A DNA stretch of 38,204 bases. Origin: Octopus bimaculoides (Eukaryota). This document shows positions 24,321 through 37,736 of this stretch, piece after piece; position 1 is the first letter of the stretch; every line of letters begins with the position of its first letter. The position numbers and the translations under genes are program-made. The stretch is taken from contig NC_068989.1 of assembly GCF_001194135.2 (NCBI RefSeq), positions 58,627,766 through 58,665,969 of the forward strand. Direction: 5' to 3'. The notes beneath the pieces were generated by a model. The model was not told the DNA's origin and ran no database searches. It saw only the letters and a program-made list of their open reading frames with translations.

Positions 24321-25523
24321 GATGCTATACAAATAGTTATATTCATAGACACACATCATTGAGATAAAGAATAAGGTCAAGTCTTAAGATTTTGCGAAAG
24401 CTGAGTGAAGAATAGTGTCAGTAATAAATTGTTATGGGGAAGAAATACAAAAGAAAGGGGAGACTAAAATGTAATGAGAAAGAGAAAAAGACTGATGACA
24501 GCGTCTAATGAAATGATGGCAATTTGAATGAAATTCCCTATTAAGGAAACGCCAAAAAATAGTAGATCAACAACCGGATATATGATTAAGAAACATAATG
24601 TGTTTCTTTTTTATTTTTGCTTCTCTCAAAGATAAAGGAAGCAGATAATACCAGGATGTTCAGGGATAATATGAAATAAAAATTTGTGACGTTCCATTAC
24701 GTTTTTTTGTTTGTTTGACAAAATGTTTTATATTGACTCCTGTGGAGAGAACCAGTCCAACTGTTGTTATCTCACAGCCGACCTAATGTATCTCACCTCC
24801 TTTATGATGCTCTCTTTCACAATAACAGCCTTCACTTATCTCATTTCAATTTTCCTATCGTTCTTCGTCCATCTCCTCATTCCTATTTCAAAGGCGCCAA
24901 AACGGCAAGAAACAATTACCTAGATAGAAGGGGATGTTGTTATCGCTACTCATCTATACTTAAAGAAAGTTAGCAAATCCTCCCCACAAAAAATATTAAT
25001 AGGAAAGAGGCCGTGTAAAAGTGAGAAACTGAATGCAGGTTGAAAATGACTGCATATTAAACACACGTGATCTTGTCACGTTGAGTAATGGAGTTAATGG
25101 TGTAATTGAATGAAACCAAGTTGTTATTTCAAATACTGTTATTAAAAAAAAGAAGACTTAGCGGGGGTGTCGTCACTTCACTAACCACCCACTTAACTAA
25201 TATACTATAATCATGTATGTACTTAGTTATGAAGTGATATCAAAATATAATAGACTTAATTAACCATCTTAATATAATGATAAATATTGAACAGCAATTA
25301 TTGTATAAAGTAGTGTTTTTCAAAGAGAACAGTAACGCCCATCTACGGGTGTTTCAGATAATTTAAAGTGAGTTGGAAAATACAAAAGAAAATGCCACCA
25401 ATCGCAAATGATAAGCGAAATATACTGTTGAGGAACGTTGATGAGTTTTACAAGATCAAAAGAGAGGGCGTTTACAGCAGAAACGTCTTGTTTTGAACCT
25501 CTGCTATAAAATTACTACTGCTA

Positions 25524-25605
25524 TATACATACATACATGCATACATACATACATACATATATATGTATGTATATATATGTGAGTGAGTGTATATACATAT
25601 ATGTA

Positions 25606-25688
<83 letters not shown>

Positions 25689-25800
25689 GTATGTATGTAC
25701 GTATGTGTACATATATATGTGTATATATACATATATATGTATATATATACACACACACACACATACATATATATATATACATACACATACACATGTACAT
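25524..25800. repeat. (TACA)n/(TA)n/(CA)n compound microsatellite
   Basis: Directly visible; source of the YIYI ORFs. Confidence 0.97.
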
Positions 25801-26078
25801 AACCATTGATATAATGTTACCGAGCTTGATTGGGTTGGATTCCTAGAAATCTTGACTTATCTATCGTTGTGGTACTTGTATAATTTTCTAGAAAACGATG
25901 GACGATTTAATTATTTTCGAAACAATTCTACCGTCGCTTTATACTTGTAAGATCACGTGTTTAAATGATTTGTTCCTATGAAAATAAGTATATTGCTTTT
26001 TAAATTTCTATTGCTCAAAAGCAGACATGAAAAAATTACCGCTTAATACGATTACACTAAAATTGTATAATTCTTAAC

Positions 26079-26212
26079 CTATTTTGATAGCATGTTGCAG
26101 TTTGTGAACAACGGCGTCGTAAGTTCCCAATGAATCAAATACAGATCGAATCGAAAAAGAACGCAATTTCGGTCCCAGAACACCGTCTTTTTTCAATGAT
26201 GTTTTTATCCTT
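26079..26212 (-). CDS. 134-nt internal exon ((Q)RIKTSLKKDGVLGPKLRSFSIRSVFDSLGTYDAVVHKLQHAIKI)
   Basis: Acceptor gtcttcttatactgcag|, weaker donor TAG|gttaag. Only one frame is open. SFSIRSVFDSLGTYDAVV has the same F..R / G.Y / V spacing as Src SH2 TFLVRESETTKGAYCLSV (recalled sequence). Confidence 0.62.
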
Positions 26213-26388
26213 CTGCAGTATAAGAAGACATACTTACACACGAGCAAATTTCTTACCATGTACCCACGCCTACACCTATATATATACATAAATATGTGTG
26301 TGCATCGTCTGCCAATGATATAATTATAACTGATTTGTGCACAATGCGTCCATATAAGAGGTATATATATATATATATATATATATAT

Positions 26389-26900
26389 NNNNNNNNNNNN
26401 NNNNNNNNNNNNNNNNNNNNNNNNNNNNNNNNNNNNNNNNNNNNNNNNNNNNNNNNNNNNNNNNNNNNNNNNNNNNNNNNNNNNNNNNNNNNNNNNNNNN
26501 NNNNNNNNNNNNNNNNNNNNNNNNNNNNNNNNNNNNNNNNNNNNNNNNNNNNNNNNNNNNNNNNNNNNNNNNNNNNNNNNNNNNNNNNNNNNNNNNNNNN
26601 NNNNNNNNNNNNNNNNNNNNNNNNNNNNNNNNNNNNNNNNNNNNNNNNNNNNNNNNNNNNNNNNNNNNNNNNNNNNNNNNNNNNNNNNNNNNNNNNNNNN
26701 NNNNNNNNNNNNNNNNNNNNNNNNNNNNNNNNNNNNNNNNNNNNNNNNNNNNNNNNNNNNNNNNNNNNNNNNNNNNNNNNNNNNNNNNNNNNNNNNNNNN
26801 NNNNNNNNNNNNNNNNNNNNNNNNNNNNNNNNNNNNNNNNNNNNNNNNNNNNNNNNNNNNNNNNNNNNNNNNNNNNNNNNNNNNNNNNNNNNNNNNNNNN
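26389..26900. other. Assembly gap flanked by (TA)n
   Basis: 512 N. Confidence 1.
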
Positions 26901-26901
26901 N

Positions 26902-26932
<31 letters not shown>

Positions 26933-26934
26933 CA

Positions 26935-27190
26935 AAAATGGGACAAGAACGCAAAACATCCAGAGTTAGGTGATACAAAACAGAGACAACAAAATATCCA
27001 GACAGACGATACAAAGAAAACAAGGACGGGCCATTCGGAGTTTTCTATCCTCAGTCGAGTTCCAGATTATCTTTGTAGTTTCGGCTGGTTATACCCGAGA
27101 TTGCTCCAGTCAGACCAGCCCCAAGGAAAAACTAAGCTAAGAGCATTAGATTCCTTGGAAGAAAGCAGCGAATGTATACGAAAACAAGGC
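26935..27190. repeat. Probable interspersed repeat abutting the gap
   Basis: atgggacaagaacgcaaaacatccag...gggccattcggagttttc is recalled as a common octopus repeat; class not determinable here. Confidence 0.35.
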
Positions 27191-29875
27191 AGTTTAGAAA
27201 TATTCATACATAACATACAGTGTTGACTCATACATAACACATTGTTATACAGATACATGAAACCAATATCAAATGAATGACTATGAGAATCGGAAGCAAG
27301 TTTCGATCTCAGCCATATATATATAAATATATATAACAGAACCAAAACAAAAGTTCATGTGCTAATATGCATACATTAGGTTTAGAAACCAATTTTCAGA
27401 CTGGTTAGAATTAGACAAGTGCTAAATTTAGGTTTCTAACATAGGTAAAATTATGCTAGCTCAACAAAACGGAAGTGGGTGAGATATTCACTTGGGCTAT
27501 GTTCATTAATGCGTTCTTTTATTTTTGAACATTAACGCTATTCCCAGTAGCCAAAATGAGGTTTACAACATCAACATTATTTGCTCACATAGAGAATATC
27601 CAACCAATTTTAGTACAGGACAGGAGTGAAACAGTTTAGCAATTTTTCACACGGAGATTATGGAAGATATCACCGATATTTTCTTTTGATATGAAAAATA
27701 TATAAAAGTGTATGCGTTGTCAAGTTGGTGCCACGACAGGGACATAACATAGAAGGATAGGTTTAGTTCGTCAATTAGCTTTTTCAAATGAATGAGAGTG
27801 AAACATATTTGTTGCAGTGGAGAGTTGTCACAAAAGTGGAGTAACTTCGATCTTTTAAATATATGAGACGGCCTGGTGTGGTATATCTATTTGGTATCTG
27901 ACTGGAATCGCACAATATAATGAGTGCAGAGGGAATTATGCATGATTAAATATGTTCGGAAATGACGAACATTTGAAGAACATTTGGTGCATTCTGTCAG
28001 GGTTACTAACTAATGCAAAAAGGAATTAATTGCATTACTGGACTAAAAACCACATTTTCCCAGTGGTGGTCGTTTACAGCTCAGGTTCACCAATGTTCAA
28101 GATGGATTGCATTCGCAGCTGCAGAGGAAACAACGTCACGTCTTGGGTAGATATTTTACAACGTTTCTCGGCTGTTGGGGATTGGGTAGGTACACAGATA
28201 GAGAGAGAGAGCGTGAGTAATGTTTATCGTTCTTTGCCCGTTCGGCATGAATTTGACTCATTGATACGGCATATTGAGCCAGTGACAACGTATCAATGGC
28301 TAAGTTGCATAATAAACATGTGAGGCAAAATGTACATAAATAAAAAGTAAGCATGAGATTTTTTCACAAACAGGTCGACTCAGTTCTTTAATTAATATGT
28401 GCCCTGTATTTTAAGTGCAGAATCATTTTTGCACAGAAAAGCTTTATTTATAATTATTAAGTATTTTAGATACGAGTTACCAATGGGCCGATATACACAT
28501 TGACAATACCAGTGCTTGTTGGTCATTGTACTTTCCTCCATTTCTGGCCTTAACGTTTGTTATCTTTTTCTAGAAGATATTGCAAGTAAGAAGAATCAAC
28601 TGTATTAACAAAACAATATCCACAATATGAAAAGAACTTACTTCGTTACGTAATTCTTTTTATGATCAGTGTGTTTATTTATTGGATATGAAAAGTTTAT
28701 CAGAATATGAGGCTTACAGTTCGTCAAATAAATTATCAATCTGCTTTTGTTTTTTTGACATTTAATACAAATTGCTGGAAGTCAGTGAATAGATGAAGTA
28801 TCAGCAGCTGCAGTGGAACGTAATTTCATGTGAACGGTGTTGAATGTAGCAGTGCAAAAGGAAAATATTTACTTTTTCACATTTCGGAAACAGGAAATTA
28901 TTTTGGCAGAGATGTCATAATACACCGCTTCACACATGGGGAAGCCATAATAAGTCGCTTGTTTTATTTTCCTTATTTATTTTGAAGATAGTGGCGGAAA
29001 GAGAAATTGGTCTGTAAAAGCCATGCTATTAGCATGTCAAGTCTCGGTGTGTTCAGAATGAGTTATCATTAACATTTAGCTATTATTGCTCTCCTGGGGA
29101 ACCAGCTGCAAATTTAGGTAAACATATATTTTCGGAAAATCATCAGTTGATATTGAAATGCAAAAGCACCTGATATTGCAGCTGTGTTGCTAAAAATATA
29201 AACCTGTAAAAACTTGTCTCGGATACATTGATGCAGTTTTGCAATAAATTACATTCTCCAATACTTCCTGTAATTTGATGTAACTTTGTCGTCATATAAA
29301 CACATTCTTTATTTTATTTGCAATAAAATCATTTTCGCATATGATTTTAAAGCAAAAACATTTCCAAATAAATATGTACAAGGCAATTTTACCACCTGAA
29401 ACGTTTGTCGCAAGTCGTTAATTGGACTGAATTACATACATGGAATTATTTATAAAAATCTAAAATTTATTGTAGTGTTCAATTAGAGCGACTAGATAAG
29501 GTTTCTGTGAAAACACTTAATCTATACAAAATAAGTGTTTAAGCAGAAGGCTAATCTACTTAGCTTCATACTTAGCACATACACGTACACACACACACAC
29601 TTACAGTGTACGTCACAGTGAGTGAAATTTTGCAGAGATAATATATTAGAGTCAATCAAATACTGAAATAAAGGGATTTTCTCATTCGATTTTTTAATTT
29701 TTTCTCTTTACAAGTAATTTCATATCTCAAAATAGGCTTTATTTAATAATACAGACATGGCGACAATAACTACAAGGTAGCCTTAATATAGTTACAGGGA
29801 AGTAGTCTCCAAACTACGGTATCAATAATTTTCGAATTAATGCTATTTATAAATAAAGTTAAATACAAATTATTA

Positions 29876-30888
29876 TACATTCAGAGCTGGTTTAAACTTC
29901 AATAAAATTAGTTTCTTTTACCTTGCTTTTTACTTTACTTGAATCATAAATTTTATAAAATGGGAATACCCTAAATAAAAAAAAAAGATCTTAGCATATT
30001 TCCTGATGATTTCTTATTGGGATTTGTTTCTAATTTGCTGCTGGTGTATTTGCATGCCCTCTGATAATGAATTTCCAGTCTGGCTGATATTTCTTCACAA
30101 TTCGGATATTTGATACGGTAATTTACATTTCTGCTTTTGCAGTTCATATTTGCATTTGTAAATATTTTTCTTCCGGTCTTTGTGTTGATGCAACGACGAG
30201 CATGTATAAACCGACATGCATCACAACGATTACTAGCGCAATTGGATACTATGAAGTTTTTGTCGTTGCTGTTTAGCTTATACTTTACCTTTGTCAACAA
30301 TAGTTTCAAATTCTTCGGTTGTTGTTTGCTTTGGATAAACATTCTATTAGTAATTAAATACTTTAATAACTTGTTTGATAATCGAGAAGTTTTGTTTAGC
30401 AACGTTAATATATTCTGATTACGTGGATTATGTGTCACAAGAGAAAGTACTATCCTGGCTTTGTGTTACTCTTCCTCGGTTGCCCGAATTTGTGGTATAA
30501 ATATTTGTTTTGCATATTTCATACTCTTTTCTATAAGTGGAGTAGAATCGTTCTTCTCTGATGATACATATTTCTGGCTAGGCAATAGGGACTGTTACAT
30601 TTTGTAAGTACGAAGTGGTACTTCAAAGAACCACATCTAAAATTCAAAGAGTCACATCAGTGCCATCTTTCACTTCCTTTCTCTCTATATCTTTGCAGTT
30701 CTAATATATCTGTTCTGCATGATGGAAATCTTTGCTTATGATGTTTGGCTCAAAGCTGAAGCGGGTTGGATGGTTTAAAATAATTTTAATAGCATGAATA
30801 AAAGAACCTAAAATTTTTTCGAAGTTTGAGATATAGAAGCATCTGAAAATCTTGCATGACCAGCGGCAGAATATTTCGACATCTGGAA

Positions 30889-30890
<2 letters not shown>
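29876..30890 (-). mobile_element. Penelope-like element relic: RT thumb, linker, Cys motif, GIY-YIG endonuclease
   Basis: In order: ILNHPTRFSFE, PYCLAR, THNPRNQNI, QSKQQPKNLKLLL, CASNRCDAC, MNCKSRNVNYRIKYPNC, frameshifted SQTGNSLSEGMQIHQQQIR, then VFPFYK..ETNFI/KFKPALN. Confidence 0.85.
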
Positions 30891-30930
<40 letters not shown>

Positions 30931-31295
30931 NNNNNNNNNNNNNNNNNNNNNNNNNNNNNNNNNNNNNNNNNNNNNNNNNNNNNNNNNNNNNNNNNNNNNN
31001 NNNNNNNNNNNNNNNNNNNNNNNNNNNNNNNNNNNNNNNNNNNNNNNNNNNNNNNNNNNNNNNNNNNNNNNNNNNNNNNNNNNNNNNNNNNNNNNNNNNN
31101 NNNNNNNNNNNNNNNNNNNNNNNNNNNNNNNNNNNNNNNNNNNNNNNNNNNNNNNNNNNNNNNNNNNNNNNNNNNNNNNNNNNNNNNNNNNNNNNNNNNN
31201 NNNNNNNNNNNNNNNNNNNNNNNNNNNNNNNNNNNNNNNNNNNNNNNNNNNNNNNNNNNNNNNNNNNNNNNNNNNNNNNNNNNNNNNNNNNNNNN
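30931..31295. other. Assembly gap preceded by (CT)n (30894-30930)
   Basis: 365 N. Confidence 1.
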
Positions 31296-31434
31296 GGTTG
31301 GTCTTTACTCACGGTTCATTGATTCCCTATACATGGATGATGAAATCTGATTATATAACAATATTGTTGCAAGGAGACCACGTTGACATTTTCTAAAAGG
31401 TTGTAAGTTTTACCCCAGTGGACCGCGTACTCAC

Positions 31435-31452
31435 TGTGAAGCTGTTACTGGA
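31435..31452 (-). CDS. 18-nt microexon ((S)PVTAS)
   Basis: Acceptor gtttattgtttacttcag|, donor ACA|gtgagt (consensus). Symmetric phase 2 to 2. Confidence 0.55.
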
Positions 31453-32572
31453 CTGAAGTAAACAATAAACACTTTGGCCGTTGTCGATATGGACAAGTTG
31501 TTGCATGCTAAGATAAAAAAAACCCTAATAAAGTGAAGGCCACAAAACCTCATTTCTGCTGATATATTGTTCCTGCTGGAATTGGGTGACATTGTCACAG
31601 CATGTTTTTACTTTATCCTATGAAACACTGCAGTCTCAGATCATTTATTTCCATATCAAGAGACAGTGAACTGCAGCAATAATCAAATGTCTTGGTCAAG
31701 AGTGTGCAATATGGAATTACCCATCTAACGTCAATTTCGCAGTGTCAAACCAAAGTTTGCAGGCCTCCATCCACTGATACCCTTCTTTTGTTAGTGGAAT
31801 AGCCATCTTCAGTTTTAGTTTCCATGACAAACAGTCTTGAAAACTGTTTGATGCACTTGTTGCCTTCTATGCAAAGTAAATTCATGTTCACGACGCTACA
31901 GGGATCACGAACCAGATGGGAGTTTGGGCTTTAACAATATTTGAAAGACATTCCGTTTCTGCCAATGTCGGAATACTCTGCTGATATGATGGAATCATTT
32001 TGGTTTCCATATGACAAGCCCCTTTTTTGTTATAAACGTGGTATAAACGTGATATCTGGCTGGTTCGAACAATTAGCATTTAGTAAAAGAATCCATCAGT
32101 TTTTTTAGTGAAAAACCCATATCGTCAGATCATATTTGGGAATAAGTATTTTCCATATGAAGTTAATGAAAGTAATGAAAAGTTGACCGAAACAGTAAAA
32201 ATACGCCATTCTTTCCAGTGTTTATTCGCTCATGTATTAAGGGCTGCCAGTAAAACGTGAAGGAAGAATACGAATACACATTATTTTGATATTTTCATAA
32301 TTTAAATTTTCTGCATTAAACTGATAAATATCACTTTCAATTATTCATGAAATTTGGCAACGTTTTGTGCACGAATTACTAATTAACTTTTACAATAGGT
32401 GTACACCTTTAATGTAAAACGGCAAAATAGAAAACATATGTTGCATACGAAGATGGTAGTGTCTTGGCAGAATTGCGAAAGTCAGTACAAATTGTGTGCC
32501 AGAATGTGTCGTTGATTGATAAGTTGAATTTCTTCAACATTTTGTTATATATATATATATATATATATATAT

Positions 32573-32757
32573 NNNNNNNNNNNNNNNNNNNNNNNNNNNN
32601 NNNNNNNNNNNNNNNNNNNNNNNNNNNNNNNNNNNNNNNNNNNNNNNNNNNNNNNNNNNNNNNNNNNNNNNNNNNNNNNNNNNNNNNNNNNNNNNNNNNN
32701 NNNNNNNNNNNNNNNNNNNNNNNNNNNNNNNNNNNNNNNNNNNNNNNNNNNNNNNNN
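32573..32757. other. Assembly gap between (TA)n and (CA)n
   Basis: 185 N. Confidence 1.
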
Positions 32758-32830
<73 letters not shown>

Positions 32831-34584
32831 TGGGAGCTGTGTATCTATTATTCTAAGTTGTGTGCTTTCTATACGCCAAAAATTTTAATTATTTAAAAAA
32901 AGAGAGAACTCCAATTACTTTGCATCCAAATTTCTGAAAATTTCGAAATTTCGTCCCCACAAATTTTTCCTAGCATTATTTTGCATAAATTCTTTGAAAA
33001 GCTAAATCCTCAACTTCATCAACATTTGTATTAAATCAAATAGATTTCGAAGAAAAATTCATTGGTTTCAATTTTGTGTGAATGTATATTTATTCACCAC
33101 AAAACTATAAGTTAGTTGCTAAGAATACTTGGTTAAATTCTATTATAGAAAGTAACCAGTCGTGCATAGAAAGTAACCAGTCTCTCAGTTCATCTCTACA
33201 AGTTTTATTTAAATTTCTAAGATATGTTACAAAATGGTAGTGAGTGAGACACGGTTCATAGTCATTAGTTAGATCTACGATAAATATCTATTGTTTTTCT
33301 CTTCCTTCAAAAAAATCACTTCAACATTACATAGAATAATTAAATATGATACTTTTACGGTGCTTGTAAACTGGTTCACGCCATGTGTTACACGCGCGCA
33401 CACGTGTGCAGATATCATACACACATTATGTGGAGGATATTTGCCCACATTCACACACATATACACATCACACCAAATTTGTATATTCAATGAAAGAAAG
33501 AAAACTATTTCGTTGTTCATTCAGTTGAGGATTTACGATGTTAACACAGATAAGTCCCGAAATAGTTACTCGTTGGCCAACTAGCTTAACTTCACGAATC
33601 TGCTTATCTCAGTTGTATGTACGTATGTATATGCACGAGTGTTCATAGAAGACAAACAGTGGCTTTAATGAACGCTTCGAATCATTAATATCTTTAAAAT
33701 GCATAAAATTGCCATCTGACAGTTCGAGTAGAGATTGAAAATTGAAAATATGAGGATATAAAAATATACACATCGGCAAACGCCATTTTTAATTGCTTTC
33801 AGCCGGAAGTGTTTTGTATAGCTCACAGCTAAGTCAAAGTTGGTTTAAAGAATTGCAGACGTTAAGTTAAAATGACAGTTTGGTTGTGGTGGAAGCCAGC
33901 AGGTGCCCTTAGGGTATCACTTGTTCTTGAAATCATTGTAGCGCATCTCAAAAGAAAGTAAAGGCAGTATAGAAATATGCATACATATATAGGATATTTA
34001 TATTTAAGTATGCACAACAAATAAGTTGATGTATGGAAAATGATAAAGTTTGCAAGAGAACAGAACGGGAGATACAATCATAATGATATATGGTTCACAA
34101 TAAGTACAAAGTCAAAGAAAGAAAATTGTCTGAGAAAACGTGGAATAAAAAATAGAGCTATTCACAGGATGTATGCTTCCTTAGCTATTTCGCATTGCAT
34201 CATAGGTGAATAAGATGGTGTCGAGAGTGTTCTGTGAACTAGCCAATTGCCAGCAGGAGGCAGTCCGTTTCTAATATGGCTATTTCAGTGTAGCGGAAGT
34301 TCACACGTATGCTCTGCCGAGTCCTCTAGACCAACTGCTGATGCGTTATGCCAGCTGATTCACTATGGCTGAGGTCAACTTTTCATCGCCATTCCATTAC
34401 AATTTTTATGGCTTTTGATTTGTTACCAAACTACCGTTATTACGGTCACACGTACGCATAGCATAGTAGATGAACCAACAGAGCCAACTACTTATCTCCA
34501 CACAAACATACATAGGAACAGGTGCACAAGTTTGAAAGTAAAATTGCAAACATTTATCTGTCTTCTTTATACCTAAAACATATT

Positions 34585-34598
34585 GATACACACACACA

Positions 34599-34636
<38 letters not shown>

Positions 34637-34740
34637 CACACACGCATGCACACACCCGCGTACGCACATACACACACATACACGCGCGCGCACCCTCCCA
34701 TCATGTATGTATACATATACACATATATACATAAATACAT
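34585..34740. repeat. (CA)n degenerate microsatellite
   Basis: Directly visible. Confidence 0.95.
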
Positions 34741-35780
34741 TGAGAAACAGTTTACTACAATTGTGTGTAAAAGCAACAGCTACACTTTATTTCATGCTAT
34801 TATAATTAATGTAGACATTTATACGAATTATATGGATTTGCGGTTTTTTTATGTTGTTTATGGAGGTTTCTATTCACACACCTCACATATTCAGAGAGAA
34901 AGCGAGAGAAAGAGGGGGAGGGAGAAAGGGTAAATGAGAAGAGAAATAGACACACAGACATATATATAACTACACAGACATGCACAATCAAAAGCACAAA
35001 CATTTATTAAGGATTTTTACAAATTTATGCTTTAATATTACTTATAGCATATTTATTTACTCATATTCATTTACCGTATTCTTAAAATACGCATAATTAG
35101 ATATTAAGTTTTAGATATTAACTGTAATGTTTAATATATTAACTTTATCCGCAGTCTTTATATATTAATGAACTTGGATTTCAATTAACTAAGATTTTAA
35201 TGAATTAGGATTTTAAAGAATTAGGATTCTATATGAAAAAAAGAAAAAGGTACAAACACACCAAGAATCAAAGTCCACCATTTCAGATTCAGTTGCTGAT
35301 GCACCAGATATCCTGAATTGATTGATATGATCTCCCACTGTTTTCTACTGGTCTAACAGATACAGTCATCGTTTATATCAATCAAATAAAAAGCAACTAC
35401 CCGTCAACAAGTCATAAAGTTCCCATCCAACAAAAGAAATCTCTAACCGCCAAATACCCCTTAAAATACGTCTTTCTATTTTAAAGAAGGGGCAGACATT
35501 GGATAGCATAGTCCTAAATATTTCTGAAACAATGCTGAAATGGTCACGGTTGGAATGGAATGTCTACAGCTTTATATATATATATATATATATATATATT
35601 ATCGAACGCAGATACCAAGTGCATGCGATTTCGCTCGTTCGCCGGTAGACTTCCGTATAGCACGGTGGAAATGCTCCCTCAAAGCGCCGGGTGTTAAAAT
35701 GCCTGAAAGTCATAGACAAGTGAAACAACTCGTTAAGGAGCGATGTTTCGCCAATTTTGTGGCTTATCAACACCACATAC

Positions 35781-35818
35781 CTGAACCGAATTGGAGGTAA
35801 ACGGAATCTCCAGCCCAT
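35781..35818 (-). CDS. Coding part of 40-nt exon 35781-35820 (MGWRFRLPPIRF); possible start codon
   Basis: Acceptor tttttacactctttgtatatag|TC ATG GGC, donor CAG|gtatgt. A 2-nt overhang fits the 18-nt exon. The ATG may be internal if a phase-1 exon lies upstream. Confidence 0.55.
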
Positions 35819-36179
35819 GACTATATACAAAGAGTGTAAAAATCATATGCCGGTATGCTCCGAAGATGCGTACATAAGAATAAATTGAAATATGAATTAG
35901 AAGTGGCGCTAGCGCTGTAAATGTTATGGAACACACATACCCAATGCATGTGCTTTGCTTGTTTGTGAAAAGCAATCATCTTAAATCAAGAATTATTAAT
36001 TATATAAAAAATATTTTAAAAAACGGATTAGTAGATTATCACAGACTTGATGGTACAAAATTTTTGTGTAAGCTTTCATTGATATCAGCTTTTCAAATAC
36101 ACAAGACGTAAGTTAATCGGTGCATGTTCGTTGTGTAAATGTATAAATAATGTATAAATAATGTATATANNNNNNNNNN

Positions 36180-36314
36180 AGGAACCTTAATCTTAATTTC
36201 CTAATTTTCCCCTTCTATCAATGTTCACATAACACCTCAGTACAGCAAAGAATGAATACAGAAGCAACTTTTATCAATAAATATCATCCACAACTTAACA
36301 TGAACACAACATAA
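36180..36314 (+). mobile_element. C-terminal end of a Penelope-like GIY-YIG ORF, next to a 10-N gap (36170-36179)
   Basis: Stop-free RNLNLNFLIFPFYQCSHNTSVQQRMNTEATFINKYHPQLNMNTT*. Shares FPFY..E..FI.K..P.LN with the PLE end at 29876-29965. Confidence 0.7.
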
Positions 36315-36427
36315 TACAGAACACTACTAGCCTTACCAATAATGCCACTAACACCCATACATTTCTTATACCATTCATATTACATTTTTATATCGACCCT
36401 AATTGCACCACGTCCAGAACTACTTAC

Positions 36428-36540
36428 CTCCCTTACACAATCTTTTTACTCAGTGACTAGTAGACCCGACACCGTTTGATAATCGGTGCGCATTCAAAGC
36501 CAGTGAACAGCAATGACGATACCAGTTTGACTTCGAATCT
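36428..36540 (-). other. Candidate non-coding (5' UTR) exon
   Basis: Strong donor GAG|gtaagt at 36427. Acceptor uncertain (attttcaattgttaaag|). Stops occur in all three frames near its 3' end. Confidence 0.3.
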
Positions 36541-36682
36541 CTTTAACAATTGAAAATAATGAATTTAATTCCTCTTAATTCTACCTCAGTTCACCTAATT
36601 GTATTTATTTATCGCTACTTTTCATAAAAAGCCTTTATTTTTTTGATATTCAATGTGCATTTTCGCTTTTTTTCTTATCCCC

Positions 36683-36721
<39 letters not shown>

Positions 36722-37691
36722 GTGTGTGTGTGTATACATACACACAAACACACACAAATGAGTGAACAACGAGAGAGGGAGAGGGAGAGAGAAGACGTGA
36801 TGTAGGTTGTGAGAGTGGAAGACTGACAGAGGTGTGGTTTGCTTGAAAGGGAGTAAGAGGAAGAGATGGTAGTGTACTGCGAGTTAATAATTTCACTTTT
36901 CAAAAACGGCCATCCACATATTTTCATAATGGGAGGAGAACAAGAGAAAATAAAGAATGGAAGAAAACAAACGATCGAAAAGAAAGGAAAGGAAGAGGCA
37001 CTGCGATTAGGCAAAGAAGAAGAAGAAGAAGAAAGAAACACAGCAATAACTACAACGACAGCAACAGGAGCAGAAGGTAACAAAAGCACGGTAGCAGTAG
37101 TTTCAATCAGTGTTAATGTAGCTGCTGGTGATGCTGTGGGATTTAGAGGCGTGACTGCGTCTATGATCAAAGGTTAAACTGATGTCTTCCAAATGGGAAA
37201 ATGGGCCTTAGGGGATTTTGTATTCAAGTAAACAACATTCAGCCATTATTAATCAGGAGAAAAATAAATATGCCAATGAACATAATGGAATGTATAATGA
37301 TGTCCGAATTAAAGTAATGTTAAAATTAGAATTAGTACTAGAATGATGTGTTAAAGAGGACAGACGAGTTGCTTTCCACAAATAATCATTGTAATAATGA
37401 AGTTATCAAATGAATGTTTCAAAATCATATTTACACACACACAAAGCACTTTCTCACCCCAACCCTTGAAATGTAGGCGTACATATACATAAAAACAAAA
37501 ACACTCATACACTCATTGTTAATACATACACACATGTGTCTTTATGGATACAACAAATCTAGCCTTTTTAACTTAGTGTTGAGCATATTCTTATTTCTAT
37601 TAACAAGATTACCGCCCCCCACACGCACACACACATACATATTGAGTACATAGGGATAAAATATCCGGGCAGGTATCATGCTAACACTCAC

Positions 37692-37736
37692 TTATCATCC
37701 GGGTTCTGGTTAACTGCATCGAGTTGTTAGGAGCAC
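37692..37736 (-). CDS. Candidate upstream 45-nt coding exon (APNNSMQLTRTRMI)
   Basis: Donor TAA|gtgagt, modest acceptor ccttaaatgatttag|. The only open frame is phase 1 to 1, the frame that continues into MGWRFRLPP. Confidence 0.3.

Noticed and set aside
24492-24515. Hammerhead-like cores (ctgatga...gaaa here; also minus strand near 29130-29150 and atgacga near 36512)
   Set aside because: No stem II/III pairing or cleavage-site geometry.
26101-26118. Plus-strand 18-nt microexon candidate (cag|FVNNGV|gtaagt)
   Set aside because: Lies antisense inside the 134-nt exon; no coherent plus-strand exon chain could be built.
26079-26130. GTYDAVVHKL resembling ITPK1 GPLDVIIHKL
   Set aside because: Surrounding sequence and the early stop do not fit an ATP-grasp kinase.
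35279-35352. 74-nt minus exon candidate (TSRKQWEIISINSGYLVHQQLNLK)
   Set aside because: Weak donor gtggac; needs a different frame of the 40-nt exon that no upstream candidate supplies.
36685-37177. Overlapping 161-aa and 103-aa ORFs
   Set aside because: Low-complexity purine/pyrimidine tract giving open frames on both strands; no recognisable domain.
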